63,878 nucleotides of DNA, filler included, from Acetivibrio sp. (GCF_035371925.1; 6 parts of 6 records of this genome joined end to end with filler, not necessarily neighbours in it), one strand, 5' to 3'. Positions 38,985 through 47,695 are shown, counted from the whole stretch's first letter. The notes: generated from the letters alone by a model not told the origin. A program made the numbers and translations.

Positions 38985-41228
38985 TTATATACTTTCACAA
39001 AGTGCATCATAATGGAATTTATCCTTATTTTTTATTTCATCTAAAATAAATTTTACGGCTTCTTCTAATTCCTGAATATCAGGAAATTTTGTTGCGTGAT
39101 CTGGATTTTCTTCGTGTGAATATTCGTCCATAATCTTTAATGCTGTGTGTTTTTCTCTTGAATCATTATTATTAAAAAATTTATTGGCTTTATCTTTATA
39201 TTTTTTACCATCGGGATATCTTATAAAAAGATACATTTCAAAGAACCTTCGAAGAATATTGGGTATAAGAAAAAGCTGATCAAAATTATTTTTTTGACTT
39301 GAATCTTGAAACTCTTTAAGTAATGAAAAAAGATAATTGTATTCACTTTTAAAATTGAGTATTATATTTGGCAAATTATCTATAATTGACTTATAGTTAT
39401 CATTTTCTTTAACTTTTTTTATCAAATAGAAATGTCCTCCTTGATTTTGTAAATTATACTTATAAGTATCTTTCAATAAATTAAAAAAATCAAAATTATG
39501 TGTTGTAATAAAAACTTGCCCGAATTCAGGTAATTTTTTTGTAAGCAATGAATTAACTCTATGAATGTGATTTGAATCTAAACTTGAAACCGGGTCATCG
39601 ATAAAAATAATAGCATTTTGTTTATCAAAACCAGTTTCTTCGAGTTTTGCAAAAAAATAGATTAAAGAAATGATATTCCGTTCGCCTGTACTAAGATTTT
39701 TGGCAATTTTATCATAGCGGAATAATTTATACTTGCCATTTTCTGTGGGTTCAATTTTTAATTTATCATCAAAGAAAAATGCCTTTAAATATTCATTTAA
39801 TTTTTGAGCGCCAATAGCTGATTGATTAATTTGCTGTTTAATGGCATTTATTTCAATATCAAGGGAATTGATTTCTTTTTTTAGGTTATTAATTTCTTTA
39901 TCTAAATTTTCAATTTCTTGTTTGTTATCAAAATAACTTTTATCCTTAATAAATTGAGCAGTAAGATGTTTAATAATATTCTCGTTTGCCTTATTTTTTC
40001 TTGTTTCTAATGAAACGACTTTATTATTATGCTTGCCAATAATTGATTGTATGTCCTTTATTCTTTTGTTTAATTCTTCAGTAGAACTTTGAAATTGACT
40101 ATTATCAATATTTAAATTTAAAACATCAAAAGGTTTCTCGCGTTTTCTGTTAAGTTCCTTTAATAGTACAGGCTTCAAATTGATGAAATTACTTTTTGCC
40201 GTATCAAATTTTTGCATTAAATTTTGATATTCAGATTGAAATTCCTTAAAAAATTTTGCTGAATCAGGTAATGTAAAATTTTTAATATTTTCAAAATATT
40301 TATCTATTTCTTCTTCTAAACCATTGATTTCTTGCATAAGATTATCATACTCTTTTGAAAAATGTTGTTGAAGCTCTTCTAATCTATTTTTGGGTATTGG
40401 ATTGCCACAAAACTGGCAATATTCTTCATTCTGGTGTAAATCAATACCCTGCCGTACCCACTCACTTAGCTTTTGATTTTCTTTAAGTTTTTCAATGATT
40501 TTCTGAACAAAAATTTGTTTTTGCAAAATATCATTAATTTTATGAATATATTTTTTTAAATCGAATTCTGTAAGAATTTCTTGTATTGGCTGTCTTGCTT
40601 CTTCATTTAGTATTTCTTTTTCATTTGAAAAATCATTTTCATTTAAAATAAATTGATCGTAATTGACATTTATTGCATCAATTTTGTCTACCAATTTAGT
40701 TTTATCAAATTCTTTTGGTTTTGTTATACTTAATATATTTCGTATTTCAGTAGCTTTATCCGTAAGCAATCGTTGAAGTTCATTTTCTTTATTTTTTTTA
40801 TCTTTTTCTTTCGTTTTTTTTGTATCTTCTTTTGATTTTTTGTTTGTTTCCATTTCTTTTAATTTATCTTCAAGTTCTTTTGATTCTTTGCCTAATATTA
40901 GGATTGGCTCTATCTCTTTATTTTCATTATTCCATTCAAAATTCTCTTCAATAAAATCTTCATTAAAAACTCTAATAGAATAATCGTTCTCAATGTCTTT
41001 TTGAGTAAGATTCCCATTATCAGTTGTAATACTAAATTCCATTTGCGGATAATCAGGATGACACTTTTTATCTTCTAAGCACTTAAATAAACGAGACAAG
41101 GTTGTTTTTCCAGAATAGTTCCAACCATAGAAAAAGTTATATTTATTGAATTCATTACATTGAGCATCCCATCTAAAATTATAATATAAACCCAGAGATT
41201 TTATTTGTTCAATTTTTTTTATTTTCAT
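38985..41228 (-). CDS. RloC-like AAA_13 protein: ABC/SMC-type ATPase with coiled coil, CxxC zinc hook and C-terminal HEPN-like domain
   Basis: Walker A GWNYSGKT, CQFCG, signature LSTGE, Walker B IFIDDPVSSLD, H-loop ITTHN, PNILRRFFE and KIMDEYSH. ATG 41228 follows AAGGAG (ORF track 41285). Confidence 0.8.
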   Translation of the reverse strand: MKIKKIEQIKSLGLYYNFRWDAQCNEFNKYNFFYGWNYSGKTTLSRLFKCLEDKKCHPDYPQMEFSITTDNGNLTQKDIENDYSIRVFNEDFIEENFEWNNENKEIEPILILGKESKELEDKLKEMETNKKSKEDTKKTKEKDKKNKENELQRLLTDKATEIRNILSITKPKEFDKTKLVDKIDAINVNYDQFILNENDFSNEKEILNEEARQPIQEILTEFDLKKYIHKINDILQKQIFVQKIIEKLKENQKLSEWVRQGIDLHQNEEYCQFCGNPIPKNRLEELQQHFSKEYDNLMQEINGLEEEIDKYFENIKNFTLPDSAKFFKEFQSEYQNLMQKFDTAKSNFINLKPVLLKELNRKREKPFDVLNLNIDNSQFQSSTEELNKRIKDIQSIIGKHNNKVVSLETRKNKANENIIKHLTAQFIKDKSYFDNKQEIENLDKEINNLKKEINSLDIEINAIKQQINQSAIGAQKLNEYLKAFFFDDKLKIEPTENGKYKLFRYDKIAKNLSTGERNIISLIYFFAKLEETGFDKQNAIIFIDDPVSSLDSNHIHRVNSLLTKKLPEFGQVFITTHNFDFFNLLKDTYKYNLQNQGGHFYLIKKVKENDNYKSIIDNLPNIILNFKSEYNYLFSLLKEFQDSSQKNNFDQLFLIPNILRRFFEMYLFIRYPDGKKYKDKANKFFNNNDSREKHTALKIMDEYSHEENPDHATKFPDIQELEEAVKFILDEIKNKDKFHYDALCESI

Positions 41229-41259
41229 AATTAACTTCTCCTTTACTTTTTTATTTTTT

Positions 41260-41374
41260 TTATTCCACCACTTCCCAATGTCCATCCTTTAGCATTGCCT
41301 ATGCGCTTGATGATTCCTTCTTTCTGCAATTTCCGTAATTGCGATTTGAATTCTATGTCCTGCCGCTCGTTCAT
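41260..41374 (-). pseudogene. Internally deleted remnant of a second AlbA_2-HATPase-wHTH gene
   Basis: Own translation: MNERQDIEFKS joined in frame to QLRKLQKEGIIKRIGNAKG, then frameshifted GHWEVVE-stop. Confidence 0.6.
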
Positions 41375-41487
41375 ACGTTTGTTCCTTGCTTTTTTACACC
41401 AATTATTCACCCTCTATTAACCAATTAGTTATTAATGAAAATATTCCATGCCATTTTCTGTAACCCCTTATCCAATATTGCATCTGC

Positions 41488-41535
41488 AAATGTCCGATAA
41501 ATGTCCGATAAATGTCCGATATGTCCGATAAATGT
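41488..41535. repeat. 11-bp tandem repeat (AAATGTCCGAT), about 4.3 copies
   Basis: Three perfect units, one unit 2 nt short, and a partial unit. Confidence 0.9.
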
Positions 41536-41539
41536 TTTT

Positions 41540-42901
41540 TTATAATTCATACTTTCTTCCCTTCTTATTTCCTATTTCCTTTAATACATCTTTTTTTACA
41601 AGTTCTGCCAGATCACGACTTAAAGTTTTATCTGATAATAATGGATATAGTTCTTTATACTCTCTAATTGTAATCTTTCCTTTTTCTTTTACATACATTA
41701 CTGCCTTAATCTGTCTTTCGTTTAGCCCTCTTTTTCTCAGTTCTTCCTCATTAAAAATATCTTTATGAAATACTACGGCAAATTCTCCTATTCCTTCTTT
41801 TCTTTCAACGAATTCGGGTTCAGGAAGATTCTGCTCTTTACACAGGTCAATCATTTTGAGTGTGCCCGATCCCCAGGATTCAATGAGATTGGCATAATAA
41901 AAGACTGTTGCAATGAGCGGATTTCTTTGCCTTCCCGAATGCTTTTCCTTTAGCTGTTCAATAGTCAATGGAGGCATTAATTTCCCCGGGTTCGATAGTA
42001 TTATCTGGTCATCATATATCCGCACCTCAATGGATGAGGAAGTATCAAGGTAATCCCTATGAACCAATGCATTGATTGCAGCTTCTCTCAGTGCATCGAG
42101 CGGGTAATCCCATATTTCCCTTCTTGCCACGCCTTCAAGAGAAAGCTCTTTTACAGAAGTATCAAACCTGACATTTATGTTCTTTTTTACGGCTTCGAGA
42201 ATGCCATCAAGCTGCTGAAATAAATTTCCCTTTGCTTCAACCGTATCGAGAATTATTGTGTTGTTTTTAAACCTTCCCACCTTTGAATAAGCTGAAATAA
42301 AATATTTTTGTGGATTTCTGCCAAAAAGTAAAATACAAGCTCTGGTAAGGCGTCCATCTTTTGTTATCAGGTTAAGTTTTTGCAAAATATTATTTGTTGA
42401 ATCTTGCTCAATCAGGGGAAGTCGTTGACGCGCAAGCGCTTTAAATTTTTCTATGCTTTCTGTGTCAAGAACTTCCTCAAGCTGGTCTATGTTTGCATCT
42501 GCAGGAAACTCATCCCATGAATTTCCTGTTTTTTCCAAAAGAAATGAAGACAGTTCTATTCCAAAAAGCTCTTGTGTAGTACTGCCTGTTCTAACATAAA
42601 ATTTTCCATCATAAGAAATAGGAAAAGAGGAGGGAGGAATTTCAATATTTAAAAAACTTTTTCCACTGTGAATTTCTTCTCGCACAAAAGAAGTTATCCC
42701 TAAACTATTTCTGATTTTATTTGGCAAATCCTCCAATAATTTTTTAATTTCGGATTTTTCCAATCCAATCACTTCACCCTTGTCATTGCAACCTACAGAA
42801 ATGATACCACCATCTGTATTTGCAAATGCAGCAACAGTTTTTAAGTATTCGTCATGCCAAGACTTTTTGAATTCTATGTTGTGATTTTCTACTTTTTCCA
42901 T
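41540..42901 (-). CDS. Schlafen/AlbA_2 + HATPase_c_4 + winged-helix protein (often mis-annotated as RecG-like)
   Basis: ENHNIEFKKS, AFANTDGG.I.VG.ND, YVRTGSTT, ALREAAINALVHRDY, SNPG, RNPLIA, IESWGSG, C-terminal wHTH; start overlaps the hsdM end. Confidence 0.85.
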   Translation of the reverse strand: MEKVENHNIEFKKSWHDEYLKTVAAFANTDGGIISVGCNDKGEVIGLEKSEIKKLLEDLPNKIRNSLGITSFVREEIHSGKSFLNIEIPPSSFPISYDGKFYVRTGSTTQELFGIELSSFLLEKTGNSWDEFPADANIDQLEEVLDTESIEKFKALARQRLPLIEQDSTNNILQKLNLITKDGRLTRACILLFGRNPQKYFISAYSKVGRFKNNTIILDTVEAKGNLFQQLDGILEAVKKNINVRFDTSVKELSLEGVARREIWDYPLDALREAAINALVHRDYLDTSSSIEVRIYDDQIILSNPGKLMPPLTIEQLKEKHSGRQRNPLIATVFYYANLIESWGSGTLKMIDLCKEQNLPEPEFVERKEGIGEFAVVFHKDIFNEEELRKRGLNERQIKAVMYVKEKGKITIREYKELYPLLSDKTLSRDLAELVKKDVLKEIGNKKGRKYEL

Positions 42902-44415
42902 ATCCCCATCTCTCCCAGGATTGATTTCAGTTTTTCGTCTGCTTTTTGTCGTTCTTCTTCCGCTTCCTTTAGTTGCACCACCGCATCTTCAAGGTTAAGG
43001 GTATCATCCTCACCGTTTTGAGCAACATAACGGCTGGGGCTCAAGTTGTAGTCGTTGCGGGCTGCTTCTTCGTTGGTAATCATTTTACTAATGCCTTCCT
43101 CTTCTTTCCATCGCAGGTAAATATCGGCAATATGGTTAATGCTTTCATCGGGTAAAAAGTTTTTTGGCCTGCCCTTTTGAAAAAGCTTTGAAGCATTGAT
43201 AAGCAATATCTTTCCTTTTCTCTCCTCCGGTTTCGATTTGTTAATAACCATGATTATCCCTGGCGCTGTTGTGTTATAAAACAGGTTTTCGGGCAGTAGC
43301 AGCACAGACTCCACAAAATCGTTTTCTACAAACTGCTTTCGGATATCCCGCTCGCGGTTACTGCCTGCATTGCCACTTCCACGAGAAACAGCACCTGTAT
43401 CAAGCACCACAGCCATTTTCCCTTTGTCGTTAAGCGATGCAAACATATGCTGAACCCAGCCCCAGTCGGCACTGCTCGAAGGCGGAAAACCAAATATAAA
43501 ACGATTGTAGCGATCATTTTCGTATACTGTTTGGGGAAAGTTCTGGTTCCACATTGGATTGGCTGTAACCAAATCGAATTTCTGCAAGGCGCCCGTTTCT
43601 GTTAAAAAAGCCGGGCGGTTCATGGTGTCGCCCAATGCTATTTCTGCTTCCATATCGTGAATAAAAGCATTCATCTTGGCCATTGCAAAAGTGGCATGCA
43701 AAATTTCCTGTCCGTAAAAGGTCAACGGTTCCAGCGAAGGGTTATCGCCGAACTTTTCCTTGCCTCGCAGAAAAGTTTTGATCAGCAAACCTCCTGAACC
43801 GCAGCAGGGATCGTAAATTTGGTTTCCGGGTTTCGGGTCGAGGATATACGCCATCAAAACGGCTACCTCACTGGGCGTATAGAATTCGCCGGCACTTTGT
43901 CCCGAACCTTCTGCAAATTTCCTGAGCAGATATTCATAAGCACGCCCCAAAATATCGGGATCCACATCGTTCAATCCCAATCGGTATTTTCCCAACACAT
44001 TAATCAGGTCTTTCAACACTTCATCGCTTATGATTCTTTGTCCGCCTGCCGTGGCATTGAAATCTACAATATCAATGACGCTTTGCAGTTTGGGATTCTC
44101 TTTGGCAATTTTCCTGACGGCATCCGTCAGGTATTCGCCTACGCCGGTAGTTTGTTTGGCTATGGCTTCCCAACGGGTTTCGAGTGGCAAATAAAAACGT
44201 ACAAGATTATGATCATCGGACAATAGTTGTTCGACCATTTCTTTTGAACCATAACTTTCTGACAGTCGGTTGATCTCGTCTTCAAATACGTCGGAGAGCC
44301 TTTTGAGAAATATAAGCGGCAAAATGTAATCTTTGTATTTGGGAGCATCAATAGGCCCGCGAATTTTGCAGGCGGCTTCCCATAGCCAATTTTCTAATTC
44401 TTTTATACTGAGCAT
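42889..44415 (-). CDS. hsdM: Type I R-M methyltransferase subunit M
   Basis: LWEAACKIRG, DILGRAYEYLL.KFA, GEFYTP, motif I YDPCCGSGG, motif IV variant ANPMW, YNLSPSRYV. Confidence 0.96.
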   Translation of the reverse strand: MLSIKELENWLWEAACKIRGPIDAPKYKDYILPLIFLKRLSDVFEDEINRLSESYGSKEMVEQLLSDDHNLVRFYLPLETRWEAIAKQTTGVGEYLTDAVRKIAKENPKLQSVIDIVDFNATAGGQRIISDEVLKDLINVLGKYRLGLNDVDPDILGRAYEYLLRKFAEGSGQSAGEFYTPSEVAVLMAYILDPKPGNQIYDPCCGSGGLLIKTFLRGKEKFGDNPSLEPLTFYGQEILHATFAMAKMNAFIHDMEAEIALGDTMNRPAFLTETGALQKFDLVTANPMWNQNFPQTVYENDRYNRFIFGFPPSSSADWGWVQHMFASLNDKGKMAVVLDTGAVSRGSGNAGSNRERDIRKQFVENDFVESVLLLPENLFYNTTAPGIIMVINKSKPEERKGKILLINASKLFQKGRPKNFLPDESINHIADIYLRWKEEEGISKMITNEEAARNDYNLSPSRYVAQNGEDDTLNLEDAVVQLKEAEEERQKADEKLKSILGEMGIWKK

Positions 44416-45169
44416 ATATCATCACGCCTTAGTTTATAAAAGCCAAGAATTTGCTGAACCGATAAACCACTTTGAATCAATTCTAATAAAGTGGGAAATT
44501 TCTTTCGATTGTTAAATAGTTCAGGCATCACTGACACATTGCTTTTTGTCTCGATCTCAATATCAGCCAAACTACATAAAAAGTGGCTCAATTTGGCATC
44601 TTCTCTTCTAATTTTTTCTCTGAGTAGTTTGTATTGGCCCATATCTATACAAAGCTTTGAACTTCCAGGGCTTTGTATGTTAATACTATTTTTCAGCATG
44701 GACAAAATCTCCAATGCTCCTGATAAGGATATTTTACCGGAGCAAGACTTAAGGCTAATTTTATAGGGGAATCTTTCGAGCATTCCAGGAAATACTCCTC
44801 CAGTAGTTTGCAGAATAAGTCAAGGACAGCCAGAATATTTTTACCTGAGTTAACCTTAAAAATCCCGAATTCATAATAGCTCTTAATTGGGAAAAGAAAA
44901 TTGTCGTTAGTGAAACGTGAATTTCCATCTTTATTTTTTATTTCATATATCTGGCAATTGAAAGCTTCCAATAACTGCTCATAGTCCTTTACAAAATCCA
45001 TCTGAACAGCAAGAGGCCTAAATGATTCCTTTAACATAACCTTATCATTACTACTCATATTTTGCATTAACTCAAGAGTATCAACATATTTTTCAAACAG
45101 CCTATAAAGCGTTGTTGATAACTGTTCCAGATTAAAATAGTAAATTCCATTAGGAAAGTCAAGTCCCAT
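44403..45169 (-). pseudogene. Frameshifted ORF pair, about 255 aa if joined; tentatively a Cas10/Cas10d-like C-terminal fragment
   Basis: ORFs 44693-45169 and 44403-44783 join with one extra T in the T4 run at 44704-44707 (..KYPYQEHWRF|LSMLKN..). Resemblance to a degenerate Palm2 strand is by eye only. Confidence 0.3.
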
Positions 45170-45199
45170 CTTTCTTTATTAGCCACACACTTTACCATA

Positions 45200-45228
45200 A
45201 TTATTGCACATGCCAATAAGAAAGTCAA
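45200..45228 (-). promoter_or_regulatory. Candidate SigA promoter heading the R-M operon
   Basis: TTGACT, 17-nt spacer, TGn-AATAAT on the minus strand. Confidence 0.45.
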
Positions 45229-45282
45229 GTCTCACCCTCATAAGCCACGCATCTCTATTTTTGTACGCCCTAAAGAGTAAAG

Positions 45283-45303
45283 CAACTGCAAGGCAATTCT
45301 ATC
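45283..45303 (+). repeat. 21-bp direct repeat, right copy (runs into the contig end)
   Basis: CAACTGCAAGGCAATTCTATC. Confidence 0.9.
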
Positions 45304-45403
45304 NNNNNNNNNNNNNNNNNNNNNNNNNNNNNNNNNNNNNNNNNNNNTTAATTAATTAANNNNNNNNNNNNNNNNNNNNNNNNNNNNNNNNNNNNNNNNN
45401 NNN
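45304..45403. other. Artificial contig linker
   Basis: 44 N + TTAATTAATTAA + 44 N. Confidence 0.98.
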
Positions 45404-45492
45404 AGGTTTAAGAAATTTTATTTAGAACCGATACTTTTTGTGGGATAATCATTTTATACATTTTATATGATCAAATCAATATCTCAATTCAA

Positions 45493-46329
45493 CTATCTTG
45501 CATAGCAATACAGACACCCATGTTTGCATCTCTGTTCATCATAGCCTCCAATATCTTTTGACCTGGTGCATCCGCATTCCTTTCTTTGTCCTGCGTCTTT
45601 TGCCCGAGAGGCCCTTTTTCCGAACAATGCTTCAAGATAAGGTCCGTCTATACAATGGCTCTTCTTCACTCCCTTTACTTCTTCAATAAGAGGATTACTG
45701 CATGTATAAATAGTAACTCCATATTTATCAGCAATCTCAACCAACTGGCTTACAAATTCAATTTGCTTTTGCTGTGAAGGAAGAAAATAAGTAAAACCGG
45801 ATTTTTTCATTCTTTGCTCCACTTTTTTATACAAGCAAAGAAAGCTTATGGTACACCGGTTTACACCAAAGGATGAAATATCTTTGCATAAAGTCTCAAA
45901 CATCTGTAGCCTTGCTCTCTCAAAGTTATCGGGTACCGGTTCTTTCTCTCCTTTTATGCTAAAAATAATAGGGTCAAATCTCCAGTTAATTTGCTGCGGT
46001 GAGTACTTTTGTGCCAGTTGTTCCATCTGTCTAATCGCTTCATTTGTGTCAACAACATTTGGCTCTAAAAGCTTTGAATACCCCGTGATTGTAAACTGAA
46101 AGTACAAATTATACAGCGACAAATATTTCGGGTCTTTCAGTACATTGGCAAAGGACTTGGACCACAGGCAAATTGAATGTACCTTTTCACAAGATAAATC
46201 CACCATGTATGTAGATCCGTTGTAAGGATTTTTCACCATTGCATATTTATTTTTCAGACATTCCTGCAGCCAGTCATAATAAAAGGCCGGAATATCCGTT
46301 CTTCTGCTGCAGCTTATTATTTCAAGCAT
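45493..46329 (-). CDS. DUF1848-family protein (radical-SAM-like fold, C-terminal Cys motif)
   Basis: IISCSRRTDIPAFY, NPY, WSK, FQFTITGY..LLEP.V, WRFDPI, SHCID, CGCT.SKDIG, CKHGCLYCYA. Confidence 0.88.
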   Translation of the reverse strand: MLEIISCSRRTDIPAFYYDWLQECLKNKYAMVKNPYNGSTYMVDLSCEKVHSICLWSKSFANVLKDPKYLSLYNLYFQFTITGYSKLLEPNVVDTNEAIRQMEQLAQKYSPQQINWRFDPIIFSIKGEKEPVPDNFERARLQMFETLCKDISSFGVNRCTISFLCLYKKVEQRMKKSGFTYFLPSQQKQIEFVSQLVEIADKYGVTIYTCSNPLIEEVKGVKKSHCIDGPYLEALFGKRASRAKDAGQRKECGCTRSKDIGGYDEQRCKHGCLYCYAR

Positions 46330-46441
46330 CGAATTTCAAATTCCTCCACAAGTTTTTTGGATATATCAAAGTTTACCGGTTAACTATTTTACCACACCAT
46401 ACCTTATAATCAAAGTAAGTAAAACAAATGGTGTCTTGTAA

Positions 46442-46472
46442 AAAACTAAGGCAAATTAACCGCCTTAGTTTT
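46442..46472 (-). terminator. Intrinsic terminator between the ARH and DUF1848 genes
   Basis: Perfect 11-bp stem AAAACTAAGGC/GCCTTAGTTTT, 9-nt loop, T-run on the minus strand. Confidence 0.7.
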
Positions 46473-46639
46473 CTTAAAATCAACAGCTATCATGTTTTAA
46501 TCAGCAATTCGCACTATGTAACCATTTTGCCATATCACAGCTTGTATTTAAAGCAAGCAAATCATTAAGACAGTATTAAAATTAAGAAATGCCAACAGGA
46601 TACGTAAAACAGTGGACAGTTTCTCTTTTCCCCTGTCCC

Positions 46640-47695
46640 TTAATACGGCGGAAGCATTCTCCTGATAACGTGAAATACAATTACAGGAATAAAAATAAGG
46701 TTTCGAATCAGGCTCAATCCCCAAAAAGGTTCTTTAACGCGAATTTCAAAAGCCTTCTCATTCTTACTGGCAAGAGCTTGACTTATATCTTCAATATACT
46801 TTATAGAGTACGGAAATAAATAAATGTTTTTTTGCAAGTCCTCCGGAATTCCTTTAGCTGTCACACTTCCCCCCAAAATACCACCCAAGATGGCTGCCGT
46901 AGTATCAGTGTCCCCACCACACTCAATCATTTCTGCAATACTTCTTCTAAAATCCCCCTTATAGCTCAGACACGCATGAATAACCGCAGGAACAGTATGA
47001 TACATATATCCGCTGACTCCATTTCTAAGCCCCAAACGTTCCATATATTCCTTAGTACTTTCTTTATTATTAACACTCTCTACAACCTCTTCAATAATTT
47101 TAAGAAACTCTAAGCTTTCATAACCAATAAGAAGTACTTTTAATCCTTCATAAAAACTTGAAGGGTCTACTTCCTTACGGGTAGCGACAACAAAAGCTGC
47201 ATATGCGACAGTTAGTGCACCAATTTCTGCTCTTGGGTCGGTATGGGTAATCCTCGTAGAAATCCTCACAAGGCTTTTCATTTTTTCAATATCGTTTCCA
47301 TAAAGAATTCCTATCAATGCACTTCTCATTGCAGGTCCGTTCCCTGCAGAAAAAACACCGCTATTTTCGGGTGAAAAGCCCAAAAGCAGCTTTATACATG
47401 CCCTTAATGATGCAAAACCAACCCCTAAAGGCATTGATATTATCCATTTTCTCAGGGATTTTGCAAGATATTTTGAAAATGTTCCTTCATCCCCCGAGGA
47501 ATGATACAAAGCGTGAGCGACCATCAATGTATGCTCCGTATCATCAGAAATAAAACCTTTGCCCAAAAAGAACTTTTGACTGTCAATATTTTTATAAAGC
47601 TTTTTTTGCCGATTTGCCGGCAATCCTTCATACAATAACCCTAACGAATCCCCAACAGCCGTTCCGATTATTGAGCCTAGAATTATTTCTTTCAC
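46640..47695 (-). CDS. ADP-ribosylglycohydrolase (DraG/ARH family)
   Basis: GTAVGDSLG, ISDDTE, AGNGPAMR, ITHTDP, GGDTDT; GTG start follows GGAGGAG. Confidence 0.93.
   Translation of the reverse strand: MKEIILGSIIGTAVGDSLGLLYEGLPANRQKKLYKNIDSQKFFLGKGFISDDTEHTLMVAHALYHSSGDEGTFSKYLAKSLRKWIISMPLGVGFASLRACIKLLLGFSPENSGVFSAGNGPAMRSALIGILYGNDIEKMKSLVRISTRITHTDPRAEIGALTVAYAAFVVATRKEVDPSSFYEGLKVLLIGYESLEFLKIIEEVVESVNNKESTKEYMERLGLRNGVSGYMYHTVPAVIHACLSYKGDFRRSIAEMIECGGDTDTTAAILGGILGGSVTAKGIPEDLQKNIYLFPYSIKYIEDISQALASKNEKAFEIRVKEPFWGLSLIRNLIFIPVIVFHVIRRMLPPY

Noticed and set aside
41229..41285. N-terminal extension MDIGKWWN... of the RloC-like ORF
   Set aside because: Derives from the wHTH remnant; the true RBS and ATG are at 41228.
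41488..41535. Possible CRISPR array
   Set aside because: 11-bp units with no spacers. No repeat-spacer array was found anywhere in the window, and the 21-bp contig-end repeat occurs only twice, 11 kb apart.
41540..42901. Second RecG helicase
   Set aside because: No SF2 helicase motifs; it is AlbA_2 + HATPase_c_4 + wHTH. True recG is at 60715-62799.
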